This document shows, in pieces, positions 27,843 through 37,211 of a stretch of 44,212 nt of DNA (positions are counted from its first letter, which is position 1; each line of letters starts with the position of its first letter). Below the pieces are notes generated by a model. It saw only the letters and a program-made list of their open reading frames with translations. It had not been told where the DNA came from and searched no databases. Origin of the DNA: a bacterium (GTDB lineage: Bacteria; Zhuqueibacterota; Zhuqueibacteria; Oceanimicrobiales; Oceanimicrobiaceae); assembly GCA_046757165.1 (NCBI GenBank), contig JBHHXT010000022.1, positions 1-44,212 of the forward strand, read 5' to 3'. Position numbers and translations under genes: made by a program.

Positions 27843-29414
27843 ATGCACCATCTATTCCGATTTGCACGGTTCAGAGTTGGGCTGGCCAGCGTCCTTTTGC
27901 TTGGGTTTGTCACGTTGGCGGCGAATGCGCACCACCGAACCAACTTCGAGCAACTCGACCGCTACTTTTCGTCCGCCCTGAAACAATGGCATGTTCCTGG
28001 TATGGCGATTGCGGTTGTCAAAGACAATGAGGTGGTCTTTGCCAGGGGATATGGCGACAGGCACACATCCAGGGGGGGCCGCGTCGATGAGCACACGCTC
28101 TTTGCTATCGCCTCGAACAGCAAGGCTTTCACAGCTGCGGCCCTGGCAATCCTGGTCGACGAGAACAAGCTCCACTGGGACGACCGCGTGACCCGGTATT
28201 TGCCTTATTTTCAGCTCTACGATCCCTATGTGGCCCACGAGATGCGAGTGCGCGACCTACTCTGCCACCGCAGCGGCCTGGGGCGGTTTAGCGGTGACTT
28301 GCTCTGGTACGGCACCAATTACACTGCCGAGGAGGTCATCCGGCGGGCGCGGTATTTGCCGCCGGCGAGTTCTTTTCGTGCAAAGTATGGCTATTCCAAC
28401 CTCATGTTTATTTCTGCGGGCGAAATCGTTCCGGCGATCACCGGAAAAACGTGGTCGGCGTTTGTCAAGGAGCGCATTTTCGACAAACTCGGAATGGACA
28501 ATACGGTGATCTCCGTCAGCAGTCTGAGCGGCAAGGAAAACGTCGCGACGCCACACCGGGAGGCCGATGGCAAGACCGTCGCCCTGGATTGGGTTGGCTG
28601 GGATAACATGGCTGCGGCCGGCGGAATCATCTCCAGCGTCAGCGACATGAGCAAATGGATCGAGCTGCAGCTCAATCGCGGCCATATCGGGGAGGTCACA
28701 ATCTTTAGCACCGAGGCCTCGAGGACCATGTGGAGCCCGCACACCATCGTCCCGATAAGCGAAACGAGTCGAAAGATTTATCCATCCACGCATTTCAAAG
28801 CATATGGTCTCGGGTGGGCGATGATGGATTATCTCGGTCGCAAAGTGCTCACCCACGGTGGCGGATATGACGGCATGTTTTCCCGCGTCGCCCTGGTGCC
28901 GGAAGAGAATCTCGGCATGGTGATTCTCACCAACGGCATGACCAACCTGCAGACGGCACTGGTCTACAAGATTCTGGACGCCTATTTGGGCGGCGATGAA
29001 CGGGATTGGAGCGCTGAGCTCCTGGAACTGGCGCGCAAGAACAAGAGCAAAACCGCCGAGAGGCGGGCGCAAGCAGCGCGTAACCGGGTCCGGGAGACGA
29101 AACCGGCACTGCCACTCGAGAGCTATGCCGGCACGTACGGCGGCGAGATGTATGGCGATGCCGAGGTGACCCTGGAGAACGGTTCGCTTGTGCTGCACCT
29201 CCTGCCCAATCCCGACCTGACAGGCGATCTGAGCCACTGGCACTTTGATACTTTCGTGGTCAACTGGCGCAAACAGTTCGCCTGGTTTGATGAGGGCACC
29301 GTACAATTCCTGCTGGACGCGGACGGGCAGGTGGCAGAGATGAAAATCGACGTGCCAAACCAGGACTTTTGGTTTACCGAGCTCGAGTTCAAGCGGAAAG
29401 AGCAGAGAAAGTGA
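27843..29414 (+). CDS. Secreted serine hydrolase, beta-lactamase class C/peptidase S12 family, with C-terminal DUF3471-like domain
   Basis: FAIASNSK (SxxK), LLCHRSG, YGYSN (YxN), HGGG, YAGTY...YG C-terminal domain; signal peptide. Confidence 0.9.
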   Translation: MHHLFRFARFRVGLASVLLLGFVTLAANAHHRTNFEQLDRYFSSALKQWHVPGMAIAVVKDNEVVFARGYGDRHTSRGGRVDEHTLFAIASNSKAFTAAALAILVDENKLHWDDRVTRYLPYFQLYDPYVAHEMRVRDLLCHRSGLGRFSGDLLWYGTNYTAEEVIRRARYLPPASSFRAKYGYSNLMFISAGEIVPAITGKTWSAFVKERIFDKLGMDNTVISVSSLSGKENVATPHREADGKTVALDWVGWDNMAAAGGIISSVSDMSKWIELQLNRGHIGEVTIFSTEASRTMWSPHTIVPISETSRKIYPSTHFKAYGLGWAMMDYLGRKVLTHGGGYDGMFSRVALVPEENLGMVILTNGMTNLQTALVYKILDAYLGGDERDWSAELLELARKNKSKTAERRAQAARNRVRETKPALPLESYAGTYGGEMYGDAEVTLENGSLVLHLLPNPDLTGDLSHWHFDTFVVNWRKQFAWFDEGTVQFLLDADGQVAEMKIDVPNQDFWFTELEFKRKEQRK

Positions 29415-29647
29415 CGAGGATGCAAGTTAGCTCAGCACTCACAGCATTGAAAATCGCTTGAATATTTCAAAATTGTTTTGCATATTTGACTTGCAAAATG
29501 TTGTTCTCCTTTATTGCGGTCCATTATTCTGCGAGGCGAAGCTGCATCCGGCGAGATCTTTGCTGATTTTTCTTGCATTTTTCTGCAAAAAATGAATAGG
29601 TATCGTGCCGGAGTGTGTGGCGCCAACATAGCGAAAGGCTATTGGCT

Positions 29648-30991
29648 ATGAGTGCTCGTTCAATGACACCGCCGGAACTGCGTCGGGCGATAGCGCTCCC
29701 ACACGCAACGGCACTGGTCGTCGGCACGGTCATCGGCTCATCTATCTTTGTGCAGCCGTCCGAGGTGACGAGACTGGTGCCGTCAGTGGGTGGAGTCATC
29801 ATGGTTTGGCTCGCCTCCGGAGTTCTGACGATGTTTGGTGCACTGGTTTGCGCGGAGCTGGCCTCCATTTATGCCCGGTCAGGGGGCGTGTACATTTACC
29901 TCAAAGAAGCGTTTTCTCCGGCGCTTGGGTTTCTCTGGGGATGGGCCATGTTCTGGGTGATGCACTCCGGTATTATTGCCGTCGTTGCTATGATCTTCGC
30001 GCGCTATGTTGCCTACTTCATTCCTGTGCAGGGGGGCGCCATCAAAGCGGTTGCCATCTTTTGCATTCTGCTGTTGTCTGCCATCAATTATTTCGGTGTC
30101 AAGCAAGGGAGCACGTTGCAAACGTTTATCACCTTCGGCAAGGTGCTCGCCATTGTTGGGATTGTCATCGCCGGATTCCTTCTGGGCTCTCGTCTTCCAG
30201 CCCATTTTGTTTCCCAGAATATCGATGAAACGGCCACGACTCTGAAGGGCTTTCTCCTTGCCATGGGCGCCGGTTTGTTTACCTTTGGCGGCTGGCATAT
30301 GGTCACGTACAATTCGGAGGAGACGGTCGCCCCACGCAAGACCATCCCCCGCGCATTGATTCTGGGTACAATCATCGTCACGCTTTGCTATGTGGCGTTG
30401 AATGGTGTTTATATGTATGTGCTGCCGCTGGAGACCGTTGCCTCTTCGCACCGAATCGCTGCCGATGCCGCCGATGCTCTGGTGGGTTTTGGTGGCGGGG
30501 CGTTGATGTCCGGGCTGGTCGTTTTTTCGACCTTTGGCGCGTTGAGTGGCATCATTCTGGCCGGGCCACGGGTCTATCTGGCGCTGGCCCGTGATGGGTT
30601 GTTATTCGAGTGGGTCGGGCAGATACATTACCGACACCGCACACCAGCGAAGGCCATTGCCCTGCAGGCCGTCTGGTCCTCTTTTCTGGTCGCAACCGGA
30701 ACCTATCGCGACCTTTTCACACGTGTCATTTACACCGAGTGGATTTTCTTCGGGCTCATGGCTTTGGGACTGCTCATCTTGCGGCGCCGACCGCACATCG
30801 TTCGCGACTACCATCTCTGGGGCTATCCCGTGGTGCCGGTGGTGTTCATCCTCTCCTCGATGGCGATCGTGGCCAATCAAATCGTCTCTGAACCGCGTAA
30901 AAGCATGATCGGACTTTCTATCGTATTAATCGGGTTCCCCGTGTACTATTTCTGGAGCAGGATCAAAAAAAAGAAGAAAGGAGTAAACTGA
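29648..30991 (+). CDS. APC-family amino acid permease
   Basis: VGTVIGSSIF, AELAS...SGGVY.YL..AF, FTFGGW, PR...A.ARDG, GYPV.P; about 12 TM segments. Confidence 0.93.
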   Translation: MSARSMTPPELRRAIALPHATALVVGTVIGSSIFVQPSEVTRLVPSVGGVIMVWLASGVLTMFGALVCAELASIYARSGGVYIYLKEAFSPALGFLWGWAMFWVMHSGIIAVVAMIFARYVAYFIPVQGGAIKAVAIFCILLLSAINYFGVKQGSTLQTFITFGKVLAIVGIVIAGFLLGSRLPAHFVSQNIDETATTLKGFLLAMGAGLFTFGGWHMVTYNSEETVAPRKTIPRALILGTIIVTLCYVALNGVYMYVLPLETVASSHRIAADAADALVGFGGGALMSGLVVFSTFGALSGIILAGPRVYLALARDGLLFEWVGQIHYRHRTPAKAIALQAVWSSFLVATGTYRDLFTRVIYTEWIFFGLMALGLLILRRRPHIVRDYHLWGYPVVPVVFILSSMAIVANQIVSEPRKSMIGLSIVLIGFPVYYFWSRIKKKKKGVN

Positions 30992-31971
30992 TGGCAATTA
31001 TCGACTTTCACAACCACGTCTATCCGCCCGAATATGTCGACGAGATTCACTCAGGCCCAAGTGCGTACGAGGTGACGTTTGACAGAGACAAAAATCCTAT
31101 CCTTCACTCACCGGGTGATTACAATGTTCTCGTGCCAGGGCATAGATTGATGAACGTTCGCTTGAAAGTGCTGGAGGATTGCGGCGTGGACAAACAGGTG
31201 ATTTCCTTCACCGCGCCCGGGACCTTGATTGAAACGCCCAAACGGTCGGTGGAATTGAGCAAGAGAGTCAATGATGTGTTTGCCAGGATTCAGGATGAAC
31301 ATGGTGACCATTTCCTGGCACTGGCGACGCTGCCGCTGAATGACCCGAAAGCCTCGGCGGTAGAGGTTGAGCGGGCAATTTCGGACCTGGGGTTGAAGGG
31401 TATCACGCTTTACAGCAACGCCAATGGCGTTTCCCTGAGTGACCCATGCTTTTGGCCGCTTTATGAAGCCGCGAACCAACTGAATGTTGTCATTTTTGTC
31501 CATCCAACCTATCCCATCGGTGTCGAAGCGATGAAGGATTATATGTTGATGCCGTTGGTTGGGTTTGTGTCGGACACGACGCTAGCCGCCGCGAGTCTGG
31601 TTTTCAGCGGGGTCGTGGAGAAGTTTCCCAACATAAACTGGGTCCTCGGGCATCTGGGAGGCGCAGTGCCTTTCCTGGCAGAACGATTCGACCGCGGCTA
31701 TGAGGCATTTGAACAATGCAGAAAAAACATCACCCGGCCACCGAGTGAGTACCTCAAAGAGTTTTATTTCGATACGGTGAATTTCGATGTCCGAGCCCTG
31801 CAGTTCGCGCTGGATTTTGCCGGTGCCGACCATCTGCTGGCTGGCAGTGATTATCCACACAAAATCGGCAGCATCGAAAAAATGCTCACAAGCATCGAGG
31901 AGTTAAACGTTTCGGCAGAAGAAAAAGCGGGCATTCTGGGCAAGAATGCTGCCCGGCTTCTCGGTCTATGA
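30991..31971 (+). CDS. Amidohydrolase-2 family protein (ACMSD/non-oxidative decarboxylase-like)
   Basis: IDFHNH, FVHP, GHLGG..P....R.D, GSDYPH, ILGKNAARLL. Translationally coupled to the permease (TGATG). Confidence 0.88.
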   Translation: MAIIDFHNHVYPPEYVDEIHSGPSAYEVTFDRDKNPILHSPGDYNVLVPGHRLMNVRLKVLEDCGVDKQVISFTAPGTLIETPKRSVELSKRVNDVFARIQDEHGDHFLALATLPLNDPKASAVEVERAISDLGLKGITLYSNANGVSLSDPCFWPLYEAANQLNVVIFVHPTYPIGVEAMKDYMLMPLVGFVSDTTLAAASLVFSGVVEKFPNINWVLGHLGGAVPFLAERFDRGYEAFEQCRKNITRPPSEYLKEFYFDTVNFDVRALQFALDFAGADHLLAGSDYPHKIGSIEKMLTSIEELNVSAEEKAGILGKNAARLLGL

Positions 31972-32123
31972 GGCTTCGCCAGATTCAGCCAGGCTTTGAA
32001 GCGAGCATCTGGTTTGACCCTGACAGGCAGGCTTGTGAACTCCGGCTTTTGCGGATTGATGCCATTCTTGCCTGATCTCAATCTCTCCGCCGCAAAACCG
32101 GATGAAATCGCCGTCGATTTTGC

Positions 32124-32152
32124 TTGACTCCCCCGGCGGCGATTGTTACTTT
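32124..32152 (+). promoter_or_regulatory. Possible sigma70 promoter for the DinB-family gene
   Basis: TTGACT-17 bp-TACTTT with an extended TG. Confidence 0.4.
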
Positions 32153-32260
32153 GCCTTCAATTGCAGTACGTCTTCCATCGCAAGTGAAACGATTGCACAT
32201 TCCCCGTGGTTGGCCGATTCTGCACAACGTACCTGATTCGAAGCAAAGGAGCCTATCAAA

Positions 32261-32824
32261 ATGTCAGTTTTCACAAATCCCGCGGCAGCGGCAAAGCAGG
32301 AGGCCGAAGCCTATATTGCGGCAATACTGGACACGCTTGCGGATCAGGAACCGCTCACCGTTCTGGAAGCCTCGCCGGCCGTTCTCGATGGAGGCGTCGC
32401 AGGGCTTACAAAAGATGTGCTGCGAGCTCCGGAAGCCCCTGGAAAATGGTCCATGCTCGAAACCATTCAGCATCTGGCAGATTCTGAGCTGGTGTGGGCG
32501 TATCGTCTTAGGATGGTGCTGGCTCAGGACAAACCAGACATAACCGGCTATGACCAGGACCTGTGGGCAAAGCGGTTGAACTACCAAACGAGCGAACTCA
32601 GCGACGCTCTGGCTCAATTCAAGCTTCTGCGTGCCGCCAACCTGCGCTTGCTCCGGTCGCTGTCGGCCGAGGAATTACAGAGAGTTGGTTTGCACAAGGA
32701 GCGCGGAGAGGAATCCGTACAGCACATGATGCGTCTGTACGCAGGGCACGACCTGGTCCATCTCCGGCAGCTCTCTCGAATCAGAACGAAGGTCAGGAGG
32801 TCGCAGTCTCCCGACAGGGAGTAG
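32261..32824 (+). CDS. DinB/YfiT-like metal-dependent protein
   Basis: PGKWS..E...HLADSE, YDQDLWA, AGHDLVHL.Q (three-His DinB motif). Confidence 0.88.
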   Translation: MSVFTNPAAAAKQEAEAYIAAILDTLADQEPLTVLEASPAVLDGGVAGLTKDVLRAPEAPGKWSMLETIQHLADSELVWAYRLRMVLAQDKPDITGYDQDLWAKRLNYQTSELSDALAQFKLLRAANLRLLRSLSAEELQRVGLHKERGEESVQHMMRLYAGHDLVHLRQLSRIRTKVRRSQSPDRE

Positions 32825-32846
32825 AAGAGGAATAGAGAACGCACTG

Positions 32847-33380
32847 ATGCTCACTCCAGTCGTAGATTCTGATGATTTTCCGGCCAGGCAGGATTGCACT
32901 TATCTCAACGCGGCCAATGTGGCTTTAATGCACCGAAGTGCTGAAAAAGCGATAGTCGAGTGGCAGAAAGATGTGGCAGAAAACGGCAGTCTGAACTTTG
33001 ATGAGGCGGCTGAGGCGCATGTATTTGATGAGCTGCATGACGCTGCTGCACGTCTTTTCAAGGTTCGATCTGAAGATATCGTGGTCGGGTCCAGTGCGAC
33101 AGAGCTTCTTGGCTCGTTGGCGTGGGCAGTGGCGCCCGGTTCCAGGACGAATGTGGTCACGACAGATATCGTTTTTCCGAGCACGATCTATCCCTGGCAG
33201 CGCGTCGCAAAGCACACCGGCTGCCAAATTCGATTTGCCCGCCGGCAAGGGAGTCCTGCGAATTCTGACCATATTATTCAACTTATCGATAAGAACACAG
33301 CGGTCGTTTGTATTTCACATGAGAGCCGTTTGGAGGGCGTTTACGCGCGGTTGGCTACAGACAACCGCACATTCGTCTGA
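32847..33380 (+). pseudogene. Truncated class V PLP aminotransferase (cysteine desulfurase/epimerase-like)
   Basis: TYLNAANVA, SATE, D..FPS..YPW and ID.NT.VVCISH match the N-terminal half. Homology stops at about 33320, before the DxxQ and PLP-Lys motifs; only 177 aa. Confidence 0.75.
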
Positions 33381-33458
33381 CAGCGTGGCGCGGTTGTCAT
33401 CAGAGTTCATCGGGTGCACAGAAATGACGGACTGGGCCAGGAAGGGAGGCAGGCGGCG

Positions 33459-33740
33459 CTACGTATCGATATCGACCCGCTCAGGGGTAACCACCTGCAG
33501 GATAACCCGCAGCGCATCCTTCAACTCTTGAAGCTCGCATTTTTTCACCGTGACAACAAATGCTTTGTTCCCCTGATTGGAATCGATGACACTCTCTCGG
33601 TAGTCATCACTTTTTAACGCTTCAATGACGGTTGTCAGGTAGTCGATCTCCGCGTTGTCAACATCATTGACGCGCACATCAACCCCACTATCCAATTTTG
33701 AACGCTCCTTACCGCTAGAGATTACTAACTCATTCGCCAT
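33459..33740 (-). CDS. Small hypothetical protein
   Basis: Protein-like 93-aa ORF from the ATG at 33740 in a lower-GC patch; no family recognised. Confidence 0.35.
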   Translation of the reverse strand: MANELVISSGKERSKLDSGVDVRVNDVDNAEIDYLTTVIEALKSDDYRESVIDSNQGNKAFVVTVKKCELQELKDALRVILQVVTPERVDIDT

Positions 33741-34063
33741 AGTAAATAGACTGCTCTTTGGGGCAAAAACTCTCACCCCGTGAAATATGTTCGTTGGTAG
33801 AATGTTTTTCTCTGCTTGAGCCAACCTGCCTATTTACAAAAGCTGTGCCAGTTGAAAATTTGCAACACTGTCGTTTTCGTTCACATCGACGCCAGAAGGG
33901 CGAGTATCATAAGTGCCAAAATAACAAGCCCGTTGACCTGCGATGATTTCTGGCACTGTCCTTGTAGGACACGGGCCGGGATCAACAAATTACAATAACG
34001 AAAGTGACAATATCCGAATCGAATTACGAAGCCGTAATTTACACCAAAACTGTGGAGAGTGCA

Positions 34064-34681
34064 ATGAAATATCAAGCCCTTCCAAAATTTGTTTTGTTTC
34101 TTGTGATTATGACGCTGAATACGTCGTTGATGTCCCAGGAGGCCAAACCCAAACCCAAACCCAAGCCTAGCTTTTCTCACAAAGGCATCAAAGCGTCCCT
34201 TGGCTCTGCTTCGTTTGATATGATTTCTGAACGCGGCCTGGAAGCCGGAGAGGGAGGTGTCCTGAGCCTTGGTTACGGAATGACTGACCGAACCTCGTTC
34301 TGGCTCTCCCTGCTGGGGGCTGAGCACCACCCGGCAGGAGAGTCGGAAGAGGTGACGGAATTCGCAGGTCTGGAGCTGAACCTGCAGCACAAGTTCAGGA
34401 CGGACTCCCGATGGCAGCCCTATGGCAAGCTCGGGTTCGGATTGTATTCTCTCCAGGAGATGGATTCTCAATTCACTCTCGTCGGTACGGGAATTAATCT
34501 GGCATTGGGAATGGACTATTTCTTCTCCAAACATTTCGGTGTCGGCGCTGAGATCATGTACAAGAAGCTGGATTATGTGGTGCAAAGCCAGGAAGTTAGC
34601 GACGGTGCCCTGGTGACAGATTTGGAGCCGAATTTGAACGGCGACACCGCGGGCTTCATGATCACCATTACCGTCCAATAA
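34064..34681 (+). CDS. Small outer-membrane beta-barrel (OmpA-TM/porin-like)
   Basis: GGAG RBS and ATG; signal peptide; QPYGKLGFG, LGMDYFFSKHFGVGAE..Y; alternating strands. Confidence 0.8.
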   Translation: MKYQALPKFVLFLVIMTLNTSLMSQEAKPKPKPKPSFSHKGIKASLGSASFDMISERGLEAGEGGVLSLGYGMTDRTSFWLSLLGAEHHPAGESEEVTEFAGLELNLQHKFRTDSRWQPYGKLGFGLYSLQEMDSQFTLVGTGINLALGMDYFFSKHFGVGAEIMYKKLDYVVQSQEVSDGALVTDLEPNLNGDTAGFMITITVQ

Positions 34682-34708
34682 ACCGACCTGAGCCGGTAGT
34701 TCAATTAG

Positions 34709-34754
34709 CTGAATGTCCCCCCATTTCTGGGGAGACAATTAATTCAAGCCCGAT
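34709..34754 (-). repeat. Right copy of the 45/46-bp inverted repeat
   Basis: Minus strand ATCGGGCTTGAATTAATTGTCTCCCCAGAAATGGGGGGACATTCAG; 3 substitutions and 1 indel versus 27629-27673. Confidence 0.8.
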
Positions 34755-34938
34755 TGTTGTCCCAAACTTGAAGTCTTTGGACCTCAGGCTGCAGTTCGAG
34801 ATTACCATTTTGGTATTGACGATATAGTTCAAAAATGCTTCTGTCGTGTTTATCCGAGTAAACACGTCGTCGTTCATGCGCAATTTCTATAAGCTCATCC
34901 TCTTCATTTTCAAATTGTAGTTTGTCTATTTCTCCCAT
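34744..34938 (-). pseudogene. N-terminal remnant of a DUF262 (GmrS/ParB-like) protein
   Basis: AGGAG RBS; SIFEL......GNLELQPEVQRLQVWD matches the DUF262 L.P.(F/Y)QR..VW motif. The stop lies inside the repeat. AT-rich. Confidence 0.7.
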
Positions 34939-35085
34939 TTGATGAAACTCCTATGATGCCATTGTGTGCATTTGATGTATTGTATTCGCGGTATTGCGGG
35001 TCAATCAGTGTAAATCCGTGGCTGATTCAATCATTTGAAGGCCTCGCTGGGAGAATCCGTGGCCAAGAGAACATTCACTGACAAG

Positions 35086-35652
35086 TCACTTGCTGCTTTG
35101 CAGCGGAATAGGGTGCGCAATCTTGCCGGCCATGAGATTGTATTTGAACTTCTTGTAGGTCGGACTCTCCGGGTTGTGGCAGGTGATGCAGACCTTCTCT
35201 GACTGGGGCACCAAACCATAAACGGTCCCATCCACTTTGCCCTGATAAATCGCCTGCATGAGCTTGCGCCCCTGATACTCCGACCCGGGGCCGTGGCAGG
35301 CTTCACAAGACACCCCTTCCTGCAACGTGAGCCTTTTCCCCCTGAATTCGTCCTTAACGCCATGAGCGGTCACGTGGCACCTTAGACATTTGTCAGATTC
35401 TTGCGGCGCCTCGATACCGAGCGCTTGCGCAACCTTCAGGGCTCCGCTGGAACCCAGAGTTTCGAACGCTTTGGCGTGGGGACCCCTTTGCCAGATTTTG
35501 AACTGGGCGCCGCTCTTGACCGACAGATGGCAGGGCTTGCATGCCAGCACGCCACCATATTTGAATGGCTTTTTGGGCGCGGAGGCTTTCTGTGCATGGA
35601 CGGAATCAGAAGTGACAGAAGCAAGCAAAAGAACCCACAGTACATACCTCAT
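35086..35652 (-). CDS. Periplasmic tetraheme cytochrome c (c554-like family)
   Basis: Signal peptide VHA-Q; four CxxCH motifs (CKPCH, CLRCH, CEACH, CITCH); W..GPHAKAF and GVSCEACHGPGS. Confidence 0.92.
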   Translation of the reverse strand: MRYVLWVLLLASVTSDSVHAQKASAPKKPFKYGGVLACKPCHLSVKSGAQFKIWQRGPHAKAFETLGSSGALKVAQALGIEAPQESDKCLRCHVTAHGVKDEFRGKRLTLQEGVSCEACHGPGSEYQGRKLMQAIYQGKVDGTVYGLVPQSEKVCITCHNPESPTYKKFKYNLMAGKIAHPIPLQSSK

Positions 35653-35727
35653 TGAAATGACCCTCAGTTGAATTGACGTTTACGAGAATGATACGCCAAA
35701 TCAACACTAATTTCAAGCAAATAAATG

Positions 35728-36996
35728 TCAATACAGATTCAATTGCCCCAGATACTCCCGTGTCAGGGCGTCCAGTTCGCTGTCCGGCGCGGTTTGCAGA
35801 AGCTTCTGAAATTCCAGTCTGGCGTCAATGGTTCTTCCCGCTTTCCAGTAGCTCAACCCCAGCATCAACTGCATCATTTGGGTCTTGAACTTGTTGTCAG
35901 GGGGACTCAGCGCCGCCGCCTTCTCGAAAGACACAGCCGCGGCCCCGAAGTCCTCGAGATTGAAGTAACACTCGCCTAACCAATAGAGGCAGTTGCTGCT
36001 GAGCGCGTGATACGGACTCTCATCCAGCAGGAACTTGAAGGTTTTGATCGCCTGCTGGTAGTTTTCTGTGCGGTAAAACACCAGTGCGTTCTGGTAGTGA
36101 ACCAGATATGAATCGGCGGCCTCACTTCCCTGTTTCCCCCACGGCTGGACGCCGCTCATCACACGGTTGATTTCCACGGTTTCACGCAGCTCCTCGGTTT
36201 GTTCCTTCAGCAGGGTCAACTTTAGTTTGAGCAGTTTGATGTCTTTGTCCCGCTCGGCAATAGACTGGAGCAGGTCATCCCGCTTTTGTGAGAGCTGTGT
36301 AAGTGCCTCCACATTGACCGGCTCGGGCGCGTGACTATTCTCGGTAGCCATGGCTTCATACTGGATCGACTGCACCGGCGCAAAGGCCTCTGGTCGCCAG
36401 AGGTCGAGGTACTCTTCCAGCTCGTCAGCATGACGATTGCCAAGATAAAGGTTGAGCCCGGCGCTCAGAGTCAAGAAGTTGTCTCTGCCATGCCCGGCCC
36501 GACTGCCATCAAAATCGTCCCCGCTGGTGAATCGATAGTCCGCGGTGAGATTGAGTCCGAGTTTTCGGTGCAAGAACAGCTCGACGCCACTCCCGATGGC
36601 ACCATAGCCGTCGTTAAAGACCTGGCCATCGAAGTCCCTGAAACTCAAAAGACCGAGTCCGAGGTAGGCAATGGGGGTGATTCTCTTTTGGTGTAGAAAG
36701 CGGTAGCCGAACTTGAAGCCGAGATTCACCAGTTCTGTCTTTAGAGCAGCGCCCTCCAGCAAAGCCGCTGACTTCGCGTATCCGAAATCGGTCTCGACGA
36801 ACGCATGCGGTTTGAAATTGAGGCGCACATTGAGAGGATTTCCGCCGTACTCGAACGTGCCGTCATAGGTGTCCCCATAGAGCTTCTGGCTGTTGAGATT
36901 GAATCCAATCGCAATCTTGTCCTTCAGATCGCCCGCCTGTCCATTGGTGAACCCAAATGCCAGCGCGGCCAGCCACAAAAGTTTGATTCCGTTCAT
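35728..36996 (-). CDS. Outer-membrane beta-barrel fused to a coiled coil and a CpoB/YbgF-like TPR domain
   Basis: Signal peptide; barrel strands (PIAYLGLG, GVELFL, ADYRFT.GDDFDG, LSAGLNLYLG); heptad region; Y..AL..Y....YQQAI..F...L...P...LSSNCLYWLGECYF. Confidence 0.75.
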   Translation of the reverse strand: MNGIKLLWLAALAFGFTNGQAGDLKDKIAIGFNLNSQKLYGDTYDGTFEYGGNPLNVRLNFKPHAFVETDFGYAKSAALLEGAALKTELVNLGFKFGYRFLHQKRITPIAYLGLGLLSFRDFDGQVFNDGYGAIGSGVELFLHRKLGLNLTADYRFTSGDDFDGSRAGHGRDNFLTLSAGLNLYLGNRHADELEEYLDLWRPEAFAPVQSIQYEAMATENSHAPEPVNVEALTQLSQKRDDLLQSIAERDKDIKLLKLKLTLLKEQTEELRETVEINRVMSGVQPWGKQGSEAADSYLVHYQNALVFYRTENYQQAIKTFKFLLDESPYHALSSNCLYWLGECYFNLEDFGAAAVSFEKAAALSPPDNKFKTQMMQLMLGLSYWKAGRTIDARLEFQKLLQTAPDSELDALTREYLGQLNLY

Positions 36997-37211
36997 GATC
37001 AGCTCCTTAGAATCAAGAAATCAAAACCATGTTCAACATTGTGGAAATATCGACAGGTGCAAGGAATCCCTTAACGGGTGTGAATTCGTCATTTAGTGCG
37101 TTTATCAGCATTTCGGTCAAATTAGGTATTGCAAATTTAGGTAAATTTTATATTTTATGGAGCATATCTCCAATGGTCAGGCGAAAACGTCATCACCGAA
37201 AAGCAGGAAAA

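Noticed and set aside
27843..29414. Antibiotic-resistance beta-lactamase
   Set aside because: The length, HGGG motif and DUF3471-like tail fit the broad S12 peptidase/esterase group rather than AmpC.
37029..37211. N-terminal extension of the S9 peptidase given by the ORF track
   Set aside because: This is an AT-rich divergent promoter region; family similarity starts at about 37212, after an AGGA RBS.
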